DNA from: a virus
Virus record (IMG/VR): IMGVR_UViG_3300033149_001989
Coordinates: 69,761-133,760 of that record
Length of the DNA stretch: 64,000 nt
Strand: one strand, 5' to 3'
Below, piece by piece: positions 37,008-46,795 of this stretch. A program made the position numbers and the translations under genes. Each line of letters opens with the position of its first letter. Position 1 is the stretch's first letter. The notes below the pieces were generated by a model. It was not told the origin of the DNA and searched no databases. It saw only the letters and a list, made by a program, of their open reading frames with translations.

Positions 37008-37292
37008 TTAAACCCACCCTGTCAACTCTTGCAAATCCTGCTCGCTCAAACCGACAACATCCTTTTCAAGATTTGTCCTTGAGATTGCGACCCCAAGTTT
37101 AGTATGGAGACGAGACAGTTTCCTGATTTCTTCGTGGTTTTTGTCAAAGTCAAAGTTAGGAACCAATTCGGCATCGGGTGCTTCTCTTGTCCTATATGAC
37201 CAAGACCTTTGATTTTCGAGACCCCTCTTATGAGAAATCTCTTGCTCTATTGCTTTCTGTGCTTGAAGTGCTTGTGAAATTTTAATTCCCAT
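37008..37292 (-). CDS. small helical protein, DIP1984-like
   Basis: IKISQAL...PNFDF...KLGVAISRTN pattern. Confidence 0.6.
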   Translation of the reverse strand: MGIKISQALQAQKAIEQEISHKRGLENQRSWSYRTREAPDAELVPNFDFDKNHEEIRKLSRLHTKLGVAISRTNLEKDVVGLSEQDLQELTGWV

Positions 37293-37322
37293 TGTTCCCC
37301 CGAAAATTTCTTTTCGTTATAT

Positions 37323-37351
37323 ATTATAACACATAATAAGGGAGTTGTCAA
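37323..37351 (-). promoter_or_regulatory. sigma70-type promoter
   Basis: TTGACA-N17-TATAAT with extended -10 TG. Confidence 0.85.
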
Positions 37352-37444
37352 GCCCCCTGCACCTTAATTTCTGACCATTTTACATACATCATTCATTCTT
37401 TTCTTCTAACTATCGCAGCAGTCGCACCAATTGTTTTCATCATT

Positions 37445-37473
37445 ATTATGACATATACCGTTAGAAAAGTCAA
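37445..37473 (-). promoter_or_regulatory. sigma70-type promoter
   Basis: TTGACT-N17-CATAAT, GGTATA in spacer. Confidence 0.6.
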
Positions 37474-37478
37474 GCCCA

Positions 37479-37706
37479 TTATCGGGCAAAACATCTGAAC
37501 CTAAACTCACAGTCATTACAGTAATCTCCTAACTTTCTAGAACATAAATACAACGCAACAAAATCGAGAACTTTACCGCAACCAGGACAAGTAAACTTAT
37601 CTCCACTTAATAACAAACTAAGCAACTGTGTAACACTATGCCAGGATACAACATAACCACACGATTGGCATTTAACAAACGATTTAACAGCATTGTCAAT
37701 ATCCAT
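37479..37706 (-). CDS. zinc-ribbon protein with C-terminal Cys tag
   Basis: CQSC..CPGC; ends CNDCEFRFRCFAR*. Confidence 0.8.
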   Translation of the reverse strand: MDIDNAVKSFVKCQSCGYVVSWHSVTQLLSLLLSGDKFTCPGCGKVLDFVALYLCSRKLGDYCNDCEFRFRCFAR

Positions 37707-37900
37707 TATTTTCTCCAACAATCCTGGCACAAATATCTTGCTGGTTTTATCTTCTTTCCTCCATTCCTTATTCTCCTCAAAGTAACACCAGACTTGCCGC
37801 ACTCAGCACAGCAAAGAGTCCGTTGAAGATTAATATTCAACGTAATACTTGCAGGGTCAACATCCGATTTTCTAACTTGGTCGAGTTTTTCTATTGGCAT
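37706..37900 (-). CDS. small zinc-finger protein
   Basis: CAECG...CQDC. Confidence 0.6.
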   Translation of the reverse strand: MPIEKLDQVRKSDVDPASITLNINLQRTLCCAECGKSGVTLRRIRNGGKKIKPARYLCQDCWRK

Positions 37901-38156
37901 TTTCTAATCTGTTCTCCAACCTACCAAATTTTTCATCCCTCATTTTATCCCATTCATCATAACCAACAATATAACGCATCTGATAAAGCATAGCTTCAAC
38001 ATCAATCATTTCTTCCACCACCTTCTTAATGGGGATACGACCACGACGCCACTTACAAACAGCATCAATAACCTCTGCACACTCCTCTATTACCATATCT
38101 TCCTGTAGTTTCTCACCCCAAGTTTCTACTGCTCTCTCAAATAATGTATCGTCCAC
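37872..38156 (-). CDS. MazG-like NTP pyrophosphohydrolase
   Basis: WG...Q..MVIEECAE...EEMIDV. Confidence 0.8.
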   Translation of the reverse strand: MDDTLFERAVETWGEKLQEDMVIEECAEVIDAVCKWRRGRIPIKKVVEEMIDVEAMLYQMRYIVGYDEWDKMRDEKFGRLENRLENANRKTRPS

Positions 38157-39904
38157 TATACACGCACCACCTTTCGTCCTTTCTTTAAAACAATCTCGAT
38201 ATTTCTTAAGTCTCTTCCCTGAAAATATGCAACGGCATAACCGTGCTCAATTACAGGTAAAGATATTATAAATGTGTTTAAATGAAATTTAAGTTTGTAT
38301 CTATGAACATGACCGCAGATATAAATTTTTGGTATGAAATAATTAAGCATCTCCTCAAAAACGGATTCCCCAACTTTATTAAACAACCCTGTTGGTGGTT
38401 GGTGAGTAACCAATATATCAACATCTCTTAAGTGTGAAAGATACAAGACCTCCCTAAATGAGATATTATTGGGTGTATCTTTTAAGAATGTTCGTGATTT
38501 TAGCATTCCATTAAGACCTGATACCTTAATACCACGTATTTCTTGTAAGACATCAAGTTGATTAAAGAATTGAACATTATCGTGATTACCGCAATTGCCA
38601 GTAAAAAACGGTCTTCCATTACGCATTGCTAGAAAGTTACCACAGGAAGTAGTAAAATCAAACACTTTACCACTATAATCTACCAAAGAAAAGTCACGAC
38701 CAGCAACTTTGACATCCTTACATTTGCGCAACGATACTGCATATGACTTAAATCTGCCACGTTGCCTGAAAGATAGTGTACTAGAAATACCAATAAGCTG
38801 TGCCATAGTTACTAATTGCTCGGCTAACCTTTCATTACTGGTGTAGCAAATGTTATTATAGCCATCCCCCTTTAAAAATGTATTTAAGAATAAGGGTTTT
38901 TGCCTTTTTGATAACTTATTAATTATTGGAGATATGTCAAGTTTGTCTGGTAGAATATTTCTTATAAATTTTGAATCTTTCACACATATATAAAATACTT
39001 TGTAGTGTTTGTTTCTATTATCAGTATACTTACTCCATCTATAACCAAGGGTATTTAGGATACTTTCTATCTCATTAGCATAATTTAAGTTACTTTGATA
39101 GATTTGTATAGCCCCCGTCTTCAAGTAAGTTCCTTCTGTAACAACCCAAGCCAACAACCGCACAAAATCATCCGACAGTGTTGCATCTATGTCACTAACT
39201 AATTCTCTAGCCATTGGAATAGATATTTGAGATTCTTTACCTAAAGATAGATATTCCCTAACCTGATGGTATGACAATCTCTTTGACTTAGTTAGTTTAA
39301 CGATAAAGTGGTCTGGTGTTAAGAGTTGTTTCTGTACCTTATTTTCTATTTGGACCATTTTACCATTAAAATCCATTACTTGTATACTCTTAACTTCAAC
39401 CCAATCCGAGTGGTTTTTATCTATCATACCAAGAACTTTATCACCAACTTTTACTTTATCATAAGTCACCCACCCATTTGGTGTTAATACTTTAGTATCG
39501 TCAGATAAACACACAAAGTACCCCTTTTCACGCCACTTCTCTATCAGATGAAGGTTTTGTGGGGTTACATCTTTTAATGAACCAACATCACCAACAGAAA
39601 TAAAGAAATCAAATGGTTCTTCGGAACTCAATACCCTATTTAAATCACCAAACCTGCCATGACAGTCCCCAACTAAAATTATCTTGTTTTCCCTAACCAA
39701 AGATGTGAACAGCGAACTTCCCAAACCAACATTATCACTATTTCGTCCAAAACAATCATCGCACAAAGTTATATAGTCTTGGGTACAAGTGTCCAAATTT
39801 ATAAAACCATATACACGCAGGTCTACAAACCTCTTGCCACAAACCTTACATGTCCACCTATCCCTCTTCTTTATTCTCTCCACTAGTGATTTTTCCATTT
39901 TCAT
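38156..39904 (-). CDS. degenerate HNH domain fused to metallophosphoesterase, intein-containing
   Basis: RDRWTCKVCG..ITLCDDC; GDCHG, VGDVG, /CGNHD, THQPP, CGHVH. Confidence 0.85.
   Translation of the reverse strand: MKMEKSLVERIKKRDRWTCKVCGKRFVDLRVYGFINLDTCTQDYITLCDDCFGRNSDNVGLGSSLFTSLVRENKIILVGDCHGRFGDLNRVLSSEEPFDFFISVGDVGSLKDVTPQNLHLIEKWREKGYFVCLSDDTKVLTPNGWVTYDKVKVGDKVLGMIDKNHSDWVEVKSIQVMDFNGKMVQIENKVQKQLLTPDHFIVKLTKSKRLSYHQVREYLSLGKESQISIPMARELVSDIDATLSDDFVRLLAWVVTEGTYLKTGAIQIYQSNLNYANEIESILNTLGYRWSKYTDNRNKHYKVFYICVKDSKFIRNILPDKLDISPIINKLSKRQKPLFLNTFLKGDGYNNICYTSNERLAEQLVTMAQLIGISSTLSFRQRGRFKSYAVSLRKCKDVKVAGRDFSLVDYSGKVFDFTTSCGNFLAMRNGRPFFTGNCGNHDNVQFFNQLDVLQEIRGIKVSGLNGMLKSRTFLKDTPNNISFREVLYLSHLRDVDILVTHQPPTGLFNKVGESVFEEMLNYFIPKIYICGHVHRYKLKFHLNTFIISLPVIEHGYAVAYFQGRDLRNIEIVLKKGRKVVRV
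38594..39511 (-). mobile_element. LAGLIDADG intein
   Basis: Starts CLSDDTKVLTPNGW, LTPDH, LLAWVVTEG and FLKGDG, ends FLAMRNGRPFFTGN followed by Cys+1. Confidence 0.92.
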
Positions 39905-40301
39905 TTACCTTAAAATTAAGGATACTAGTATTTTTACCAAGAGCACAACCTCTATTAATAACTTCCCAACAAAACTTCTCTTCTGCTTCTGTCAATGGTC
40001 GTTTTAATCTCCTACTAACCTCTTCTAATATTTTATCATCTTGATATTGTTTACCCAAAAAATTAGCAATCTTAGAAGATATTACGGAAAGACGATTATT
40101 TATTGCAGACCTTTTAATTCCAACCATTCTAGAAATATCACTTGCCGTAGCTTGCTCTATGGTTAGTGCAATTTGAAGTAAATCTCTCTCGTTAAGCTCA
40201 CCTGATTTAGACAATGTTTCTATTGCAATGTCAAGGTCTAGCTTTGTACTCTCATCTAAGTCATAATAATTTTTCAAATATCCCCGAACAATCGCTGACA
40301 T
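39858..40301 (-). CDS. helix-turn-helix protein (sigma region 4-like)
   Basis: LNERDL...ASDISRMVGIKRSAINNRL. Confidence 0.55.
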   Translation of the reverse strand: MSAIVRGYLKNYYDLDESTKLDLDIAIETLSKSGELNERDLLQIALTIEQATASDISRMVGIKRSAINNRLSVISSKIANFLGKQYQDDKILEEVSRRLKRPLTEAEEKFCWEVINRGCALGKNTSILNFKVNENGKITSGENKEEG

Positions 40302-40307
40302 ACTCTA

Positions 40308-41045
40308 TTACCATCTTCCAATCTTCCGTTCCTTACCTAAACATTCCTCCAAAAAGTAACATCTTGCACAGCCCCTACCAATATTTCTAACAAACACATT
40401 TGTTTTAATCTTACGCTCAATCTTATTTATCTCACTTTCTAGAATAGCAAAATCTTCATCACATCGCTTTGTTTCCATATCCCTCATTGTTCCTAAGTGA
40501 CGCAAAATTAAACCATTCTCTTCTTTACCAAATAAATGTCTATATGCATAACTATACAAAGTAAACTGTAAGTCCAAATCAAGTTCAAGAACCGTTGGTT
40601 TGGCACCAGTTTTATAATCAATAACATTGCCAGCAGCATCTATTTGGTCAAGAACACCAATAACTATGTGCCGACCAATATGAACTGGATTGCTTCTACC
40701 AAAAAAGAACTCAGTAACAATTGGTGCAGGGTGTTTTTTAACATACTTATTATAATATTTCCTTAATAATTCCTGCCCTTGTTTGAACTTTTTTAAGTAT
40801 TCACCTTCACTAGTATAAACAATGTCTTTACTCGAAGTAAGAGTTACCCACTCACTTTTAAAGACACTAGCCCAATCATCCGCTTTGGTCAAATTGTTGT
40901 CATAACCAATCTTTATTGCTCTATGAACAGCAGTACCATAAACTGACGCTGCCCCCTCTTTGATAGGAATCCTTTTAACATATCTTAAATAGTAACAATA
41001 TTCGCACTGCATAAAGTTACTGAGCATCGTATAACTAATTTCCAC
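40308..41045 (-). CDS. Cas4/RecB-like PD-(D/E)XK exonuclease
   Basis: ISYT..F.QC, GTAVH, GVLD, IDYKTG, QFTLY, CARCYFLEEC. Confidence 0.9.
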   Translation of the reverse strand: MEISYTMLSNFMQCEYCYYLRYVKRIPIKEGAASVYGTAVHRAIKIGYDNNLTKADDWASVFKSEWVTLTSSKDIVYTSEGEYLKKFKQGQELLRKYYNKYVKKHPAPIVTEFFFGRSNPVHIGRHIVIGVLDQIDAAGNVIDYKTGAKPTVLELDLDLQFTLYSYAYRHLFGKEENGLILRHLGTMRDMETKRCDEDFAILESEINKIERKIKTNVFVRNIGRGCARCYFLEECLGKERKIGRW

Positions 41046-41050
41046 AATAT

Positions 41051-41413
41051 TTACTCCTCATTACTACCACCAAAACCCTCTCTGCCAGTAACTTGATGAT
41101 AACTATCAGTTCTATATAAATCCTTACCAGCCTTCCAAGCTTCTATTTTACCCCACAAAATCCTAATAGCTTTCTTTCTCTCATTAATACTGGCTTTCAA
41201 CCCATCAAGAACTCTTTGCTCTTCATCGTTATTACCAAGAATTTTTACGCAGTCTATTTCTCTACTTTTTGCTCCTCTCTGGATAGCCCCACGAATATTT
41301 ATTGCTACCTTTTTGTCATACTCATACTCTAGCTTATTAAGGTCATCTTGTAAATCAGCAAGAGTATCTACATATTTAATAAATTCTTCAACATCTGGTC
41401 TTTCTGGATACAT
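41051..41413 (-). CDS. helical protein next to RecA (possible recombination mediator)
   Basis: Coiled-coil character and position only. Confidence 0.5.
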   Translation of the reverse strand: MYPERPDVEEFIKYVDTLADLQDDLNKLEYEYDKKVAINIRGAIQRGAKSREIDCVKILGNNDEEQRVLDGLKASINERKKAIRILWGKIEAWKAGKDLYRTDSYHQVTGREGFGGSNEE

Positions 41414-41569
41414 TACTCCAACCCCTTTAGGCTATGACGTCCGCTAAGTTTAGGTGTCAACTTTACATAAAGATACTTAAATGCGTCCCACATTGTTATA
41501 TCATTTCTAAGATATGGTCTATCCTCTGAAAGTTCCCACAATTCAAGACACGCCTCATACCATAATTCA

Positions 41570-42586
41570 TTAAGTGTTTTCATTTATCCTCTCCCGCTCT
41601 TTTAATTCTTTATCAATTTCTATACTAACAGTCGATTGAAGTGCCTTATCGTACAAGTCCTTTCTTAATTTTTCATCTTCTCTAAGAGCCTGAGCAAAAT
41701 TTGCCAACCCTTGAAATTTTAATTCACCATACTGATACCACGCACCAGCCTTATTAACAATCCCAGCCCTCTCACAAACACCAACAATATCACGCTCAAT
41801 GTCTATCCCCTTGCCGTGTTCCATAAATAAGGAAGTAGTACTATAAGGAACCACCGACCACTCTTTGCCCTTGTTTATCGTAACTTTTGATTCTACACTA
41901 CCAGTAGCCTTATTCTCAGAACCCCACATAGATATTTTAACATCAGTATAATACTGTAATGCCATTCCACCAGCAGGTGCTAAACCAGAAGAAAATGCAC
42001 CTATTTTTGAACGCAATTGATTTACCGCTACAAAGATTGCTTCCTTTCGTCTAATTGGTTGTTGTAATTGCTCTACAAAATAACCTGTCGTCCTTGCTTT
42101 AGCACCTACATTAGGACCTTTATCTAAATTATCGGTCGGTTGCTTTTTTTCAATATTTGCTCTTGGCACCGCAGCAGTTATTGAATCCATTACAATAACT
42201 TTAAGATTATGGTTTCGTATACCCTCGATACAAACATTAAATACCTCTTCCGCAAAATCTCCAGAGAAGTGATTAAAAAACTTAGACTCAACATCCACTC
42301 CACACGCTTGAGCGTACAACCTATCGTAACCTTCTAATCCAACAAACAAAGTTGGTAACTCTAATTTAACAGCCTGAGCAACCATATGGTATGCAAGTGT
42401 TGTTTTGCCCGCTTTCTCAGGTCCATATATCTGAGTAATTGTCCCACCTGGAATACCACCACCAAGGCACCTATCCAATGACGGAACACCGATGGGAAGC
42501 CGCCAAGTAGCCCTCCCTTCTGGAACGTATATTCTCTCTGTTCTTTTTAAGACAGCCTCTATCAATTCCCTAATATCTTTACCCAT
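41570..42586 (-). CDS. recA: RecA/UvsX recombinase
   Basis: LDRCLGGGIPGG, YGPEKAGKTT, VMDS, NQLRSKIG, GGMAL, KAGAWY. Confidence 0.93.
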   Translation of the reverse strand: MGKDIRELIEAVLKRTERIYVPEGRATWRLPIGVPSLDRCLGGGIPGGTITQIYGPEKAGKTTLAYHMVAQAVKLELPTLFVGLEGYDRLYAQACGVDVESKFFNHFSGDFAEEVFNVCIEGIRNHNLKVIVMDSITAAVPRANIEKKQPTDNLDKGPNVGAKARTTGYFVEQLQQPIRRKEAIFVAVNQLRSKIGAFSSGLAPAGGMALQYYTDVKISMWGSENKATGSVESKVTINKGKEWSVVPYSTTSLFMEHGKGIDIERDIVGVCERAGIVNKAGAWYQYGELKFQGLANFAQALREDEKLRKDLYDKALQSTVSIEIDKELKERERINENT

Positions 42587-43166
42587 TATTTACCTCTTCT
42601 TCAGTAATAACATCTAATTGAACACCAGCCAACTCAAACAATTTCTCCGACAGCGGAAAGTTATAACCCCTTTTGTCTGGATTATCACCATCCTTAATTT
42701 TGTCAACAGTTCTAATATATTCCCTGCTTCCACTTTTACCAAGACAAACGACACGTTTTATTCCTGCTTGGATAATTTCCTTAGCACAATTGATACAAGG
42801 AGTGCCACAATAACAATATAAGATTGCCCCGTCCGTTGGTATACCCATTTTTGCAGCCTGCATTATTGGATTTATCTCTGCATGAATGGATACACAATAT
42901 TCCATTCCACAACCGCTTTCAAATCCCATTCTCTTTCTAGGACATTTATCCGATACAAAATGGTCTGTATAATTACCACAATCATCCCTATAATCACAAT
43001 GTGGTACACCTGATGGAGGTCCATTACACCCAGTTGCTATCACGTACTTATCCTTTACCAAAACAGAACCAATTTTTCTTGAGCGGCACTTACTTCTTTG
43101 CATCCACAATTTTGCCTCTTTCATAAAATGAATATCCCACACTTTTTGTGGTGTATACTTATCCAT
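42579..43166 (-). CDS. dCMP deaminase
   Basis: NGPPSG, HAEINP, PCINC. Confidence 0.92.
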   Translation of the reverse strand: MDKYTPQKVWDIHFMKEAKLWMQRSKCRSRKIGSVLVKDKYVIATGCNGPPSGVPHCDYRDDCGNYTDHFVSDKCPRKRMGFESGCGMEYCVSIHAEINPIMQAAKMGIPTDGAILYCYCGTPCINCAKEIIQAGIKRVVCLGKSGSREYIRTVDKIKDGDNPDKRGYNFPLSEKLFELAGVQLDVITEEEVNNG

Positions 43167-43713
43167 TTTTCCTCTCCTTATTTCTAGCAATATTACGTAT
43201 CATTTCAGCCAACAAAGAAAAGTTGTCCCTAACAAATCCATCCGTATTTTTACGGGCATACTTCCAAGGTATAGAAAAGAACACATTATCGGTGTTTACT
43301 GAGTTTTTAATGTTACGCTGGAGTTTAGCAAATTGTTTTATATAGTCAAATGTCGCACAAAAAAATGAATCTATATCCTTATTTGTTTTCAGATATATAT
43401 CAAATTGCTTACTCCTAACCTTTCTTGCTGGAATACTTAATCCTCTAGGAAACCTTTCTTCTGATGGTAATTTCCCCTTCCAATCAGTAATTGTTAATGC
43501 CGTTTCAAATTCAATATACAACAAATCGACGCCATTTTTACTAACAACGGCATCATGAGTAAATTTTTTATTGTTATGCATCCTAAAAGTGAACTCTGGC
43601 AGTAACTCCTTTAGCTTCTTTAATATCTTCAACTCATAAGGCGATGCTTTACGTGCCAAATCATCTTTGTCCTTATTCCAAGGTTTGGGTTTAAAGATGT
43701 CTTTCTTATTCAT
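43159..43713 (-). CDS. putative PD-(D/E)XK endonuclease
   Basis: HDAVV...YIEFET spacing; directly downstream of a Dam-like MTase. Confidence 0.45.
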   Translation of the reverse strand: MNKKDIFKPKPWNKDKDDLARKASPYELKILKKLKELLPEFTFRMHNNKKFTHDAVVSKNGVDLLYIEFETALTITDWKGKLPSEERFPRGLSIPARKVRSKQFDIYLKTNKDIDSFFCATFDYIKQFAKLQRNIKNSVNTDNVFFSIPWKYARKNTDGFVRDNFSLLAEMIRNIARNKERKNG

Positions 43714-44518
43714 TAAAAACAACAACCTCTTCCACCTTCTTTATTTTGCCTTTACTGTACGAACTCTTAGCAGTATGAATAATTGGTATCTTCTCAACTA
43801 TATCATTACGAAAAACAGTATCAATATACTCATTATTATCCATTGATACACACCAATGTGGAAAATTTGACAAAACTATTCGTAAATCAATTAAATTATC
43901 AACAGTATAACCACAATTATACCAAGATTGACCATAAGCTAAATATGGTGGGTCGGCGTAAACAAAATCTGCTGAAGTTCTCTTTAATAAATTTACTGCG
44001 TCATCCTTACTAACAGTAACAATACGACCACGAAGAATATTATATGCTAAATCTATCTTCATTATTATATTGGCCGAGTTCCAATAACAACCAACCTTCC
44101 AATTACCTTGTTGAGACACACCACCAATTGGTAACCGTTGCGTAATATAACCATTATAAGATGTTTTATTCAAGAAAATCATTTTGAATGCCCAGTCTAA
44201 ACCTGTTTCGGGAACAGTATCAAAAATATGATTATATAAGTCTATATTTGGTTTTGTATCTTTTATTTTATCATACAAATTACTCATATCTTGTGGAGTC
44301 GCCTTATAGAAAAACTCCCAAAAATTGTAGACTAATTCATTATTGTCATTAATGTAAAATGACCACTTTGGAAAATCTTTAGCCATATTGATTAGCGAAC
44401 CACCACCACCAACGAAAGCATCAATGGCCACCCAATTGCTATCGCAATTATAGCGGTTACCAATTAGACCATTAATCTTCTTCATTAAACGTAATTTACC
44501 ACCTGGATAACGAAACAC
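43706..44518 (-). CDS. Dam/D12-class DNA adenine methyltransferase
   Basis: RYPGGK, DAFVGGGG, FLNKTSYNG, YADPPY. Confidence 0.92.
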   Translation of the reverse strand: MFRYPGGKLRLMKKINGLIGNRYNCDSNWVAIDAFVGGGGSLINMAKDFPKWSFYINDNNELVYNFWEFFYKATPQDMSNLYDKIKDTKPNIDLYNHIFDTVPETGLDWAFKMIFLNKTSYNGYITQRLPIGGVSQQGNWKVGCYWNSANIIMKIDLAYNILRGRIVTVSKDDAVNLLKRTSADFVYADPPYLAYGQSWYNCGYTVDNLIDLRIVLSNFPHWCVSMDNNEYIDTVFRNDIVEKIPIIHTAKSSYSKGKIKKVEEVVVFNE

Positions 44519-44847
44519 TACTTTACTCCCTCATAAATTACCTCTATTCTTGAACTAGCGCAAGCAAACCTAAATTCACAGTTTTCACACTTTTCTTCCA
44601 AGCCAGGTAATTCTTCATTAGTAACTTTACATAGGTATCGTGGTATATCGCTTTTACATTCTGGACACCATTCTATATCTGGTTTGGTAGAATCGTAACG
44701 ATTAAAACTGGTTCCACTAAAAGTTATAAGACCACTTAGTGATATTCCAATTTCCCCATCCTTCATATACTTATAAATTACCGCCCCTCTACAATTCCTA
44801 CAAATAGCCACCACACAAATAGTATTATCCTTAGTCTCCGTTACCAC
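44518..44847 (-). CDS. zinc-ribbon protein with Cys tag
   Basis: CRNC..CPEC; CENCEFRFACAS at 44554-44589. Confidence 0.8.
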   Translation of the reverse strand: MVTETKDNTICVVAICRNCRGAVIYKYMKDGEIGISLSGLITFSGTSFNRYDSTKPDIEWCPECKSDIPRYLCKVTNEELPGLEEKCENCEFRFACASSRIEVIYEGVK

Positions 44848-46795
44848 TTAGCCCCCATCCTGGTGGAATCAACAAAAGTTGTTGTCCCTCGATGCCATCA
44901 CCAACTCCATCATCTTTCCACCAATTATCCCTAATTTTAACATCAACAATAATTGGTACTTTAGTTAATAACTTGCGACCCGCTACAATCATCTTGCTCC
45001 TAACAAGATGGGCTACTTCGATTGCATGTTCTTCTGGTACTTCAACAACCAATTCATCATGAACACAATTAACCATAGTTGCCCCAAAATTCCTCAAAGG
45101 ATTATATAGTAAAACCATAGCAATCTTTAGCATATCACCATCAGTACCAAGAATAGGATGATTTCTACCTACCCGTTCATAAAAGGAGCGCAACCTCTTG
45201 TAGTTCTTATCGCTCGTAGCAAGAGAGGGAAACCAACGATAACGACCACCAAGCGTCCTTGCCCAACCACGTTCCAGAGCCAATTTAGATTGTTCATCAA
45301 GCCAGTCCATAAGGACTTTATAAGTCTCACGATACTTGGTCATCAAATCTTCAGCCTCTGTAGAACTGCAACCAAGTCTATCCTTTAGCGAGTTTAAATA
45401 CATCCCATAAATAATGCCAAAATTGATGATTTTAGCTGCCTTTCGCTGCGAAGGTGTAACCTGGTCTATAGGAACTTTAAACATCAGTGAGGCAGTTGCC
45501 TTGTGAATGTCCCCACTGGGGTCAGAGAAGGCAAATAACATCACGGGGTCACCGCTCATTTCAGCCGCAATTCTTAAATGCAACTGTGAATAATCAGCAA
45601 TAACAAATTTCTTTCCCTTTTCTGGAACGAAACAAGACCTTAACAAAAAACCCTCTTCACCCTTCTTCTGGATATTCTGAAGATTAGGGTCATAACTAGA
45701 AAATCTGCCAGCATCAGTACCCATCTGGTCGAACCTGGCATGTATCCTACCATCCCACTTGATGTGTTCTATTAAATTATCACCAAACGTCTTTTCAACC
45801 TGTTTTAGACCACGATATTTTATAATATTTGCCAAAATTTCACGTTTATCATCGTCATACAAACTCATCGCATATTTAAGAGTATTAACATTGGTGACAC
45901 CCTTACGTGTCTTTTTATTAGCATCATATAAATTTATACCAACTTGAGAACATGCCCACGCTACCTGTTGCCAACTATCAAGATTAAGAACAGGTGGTGG
46001 TTTGAACTTCGCCGTATTAGCATAAGGTGTACCATCTTTCTTCAATCTTATTGGTTTAGGTGGTGGAGCAGGTAGGTTAGGTAAACTATTTCTTAGTTTA
46101 GTACCAACTTTAAAAATCTTCTTCCGAGTACTTTGTATCCCTTTACTCCACAAATCAGCATCAAGTTTAAACCCAGTAAGTTCCATTTCACCCACGGCTT
46201 GAGTAAGCAAAAACTCAATTTCAGCAATCGGAATTAAACCATACTGTTTAAGACAGTTCCACTGTCGTATCCTAATTTCAGGCAACACTAAAACATCATT
46301 AGCAGCATACTTAATTTGTTCCTCAGTAAATGGGGCATCATATGGGTGCTCAAAGAATGTCTCTACAGTACTCTTGTCCAACTTAAGTTCTAAATATCGA
46401 AAAGCCAAATCCTCTAAAGAATTACCCTTTTTCATACCAGCGGTTAGTAAATTTTCCGCAATTTTAGTATCAAAAACGGTCTGCAAGGATAATCCACGCT
46501 TTGCTTTCAGCATCTTATAATCATATACTGCGTTCTGAAGAGTTTTAATCCATCTATTACTCTCAACTAACTCTCTTAGCAAGGTAACATCTGTTTTTCT
46601 GGCATCAATCACGTAAGCTCTGTCCCCAATACCAACCTGAACTAAAAGTAGTTTAACATTCGGACTGAGCGGGTCTAAACCACCACTATTCTCAGTATCG
46701 AGAGATACGTGCGTATAATCTCTGGCATCATCTAAGACCAAAGACAAATCTTTATTATTTTCAATAAATTCACACTTACCTAGAGCAACATCCAT
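44831..46795 (-). CDS. polA: family A DNA polymerase with 3'-5' exonuclease
   Basis: SLDTE, YAANDV, GRFSSYDPNLQNI, ADYSQLHLR, RKAAKIINFGIIYG, VHDE; start at ATG 46795. Confidence 0.96.
   Translation of the reverse strand: MDVALGKCEFIENNKDLSLVLDDARDYTHVSLDTENSGGLDPLSPNVKLLLVQVGIGDRAYVIDARKTDVTLLRELVESNRWIKTLQNAVYDYKMLKAKRGLSLQTVFDTKIAENLLTAGMKKGNSLEDLAFRYLELKLDKSTVETFFEHPYDAPFTEEQIKYAANDVLVLPEIRIRQWNCLKQYGLIPIAEIEFLLTQAVGEMELTGFKLDADLWSKGIQSTRKKIFKVGTKLRNSLPNLPAPPPKPIRLKKDGTPYANTAKFKPPPVLNLDSWQQVAWACSQVGINLYDANKKTRKGVTNVNTLKYAMSLYDDDKREILANIIKYRGLKQVEKTFGDNLIEHIKWDGRIHARFDQMGTDAGRFSSYDPNLQNIQKKGEEGFLLRSCFVPEKGKKFVIADYSQLHLRIAAEMSGDPVMLFAFSDPSGDIHKATASLMFKVPIDQVTPSQRKAAKIINFGIIYGMYLNSLKDRLGCSSTEAEDLMTKYRETYKVLMDWLDEQSKLALERGWARTLGGRYRWFPSLATSDKNYKRLRSFYERVGRNHPILGTDGDMLKIAMVLLYNPLRNFGATMVNCVHDELVVEVPEEHAIEVAHLVRSKMIVAGRKLLTKVPIIVDVKIRDNWWKDDGVGDGIEGQQLLLIPPGWGLSGNGD

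Noticed and set aside
40308-41045. Cas4-like gene as part of a CRISPR-Cas system, and its CARCYFLEEC as a tag copy
   Set aside because: No repeat-spacer array or other cas genes were seen. It sits beside recA as a typical phage exonuclease, and its Cys triad is the normal Fe-S motif without RF or the aromatic-Thr ending.
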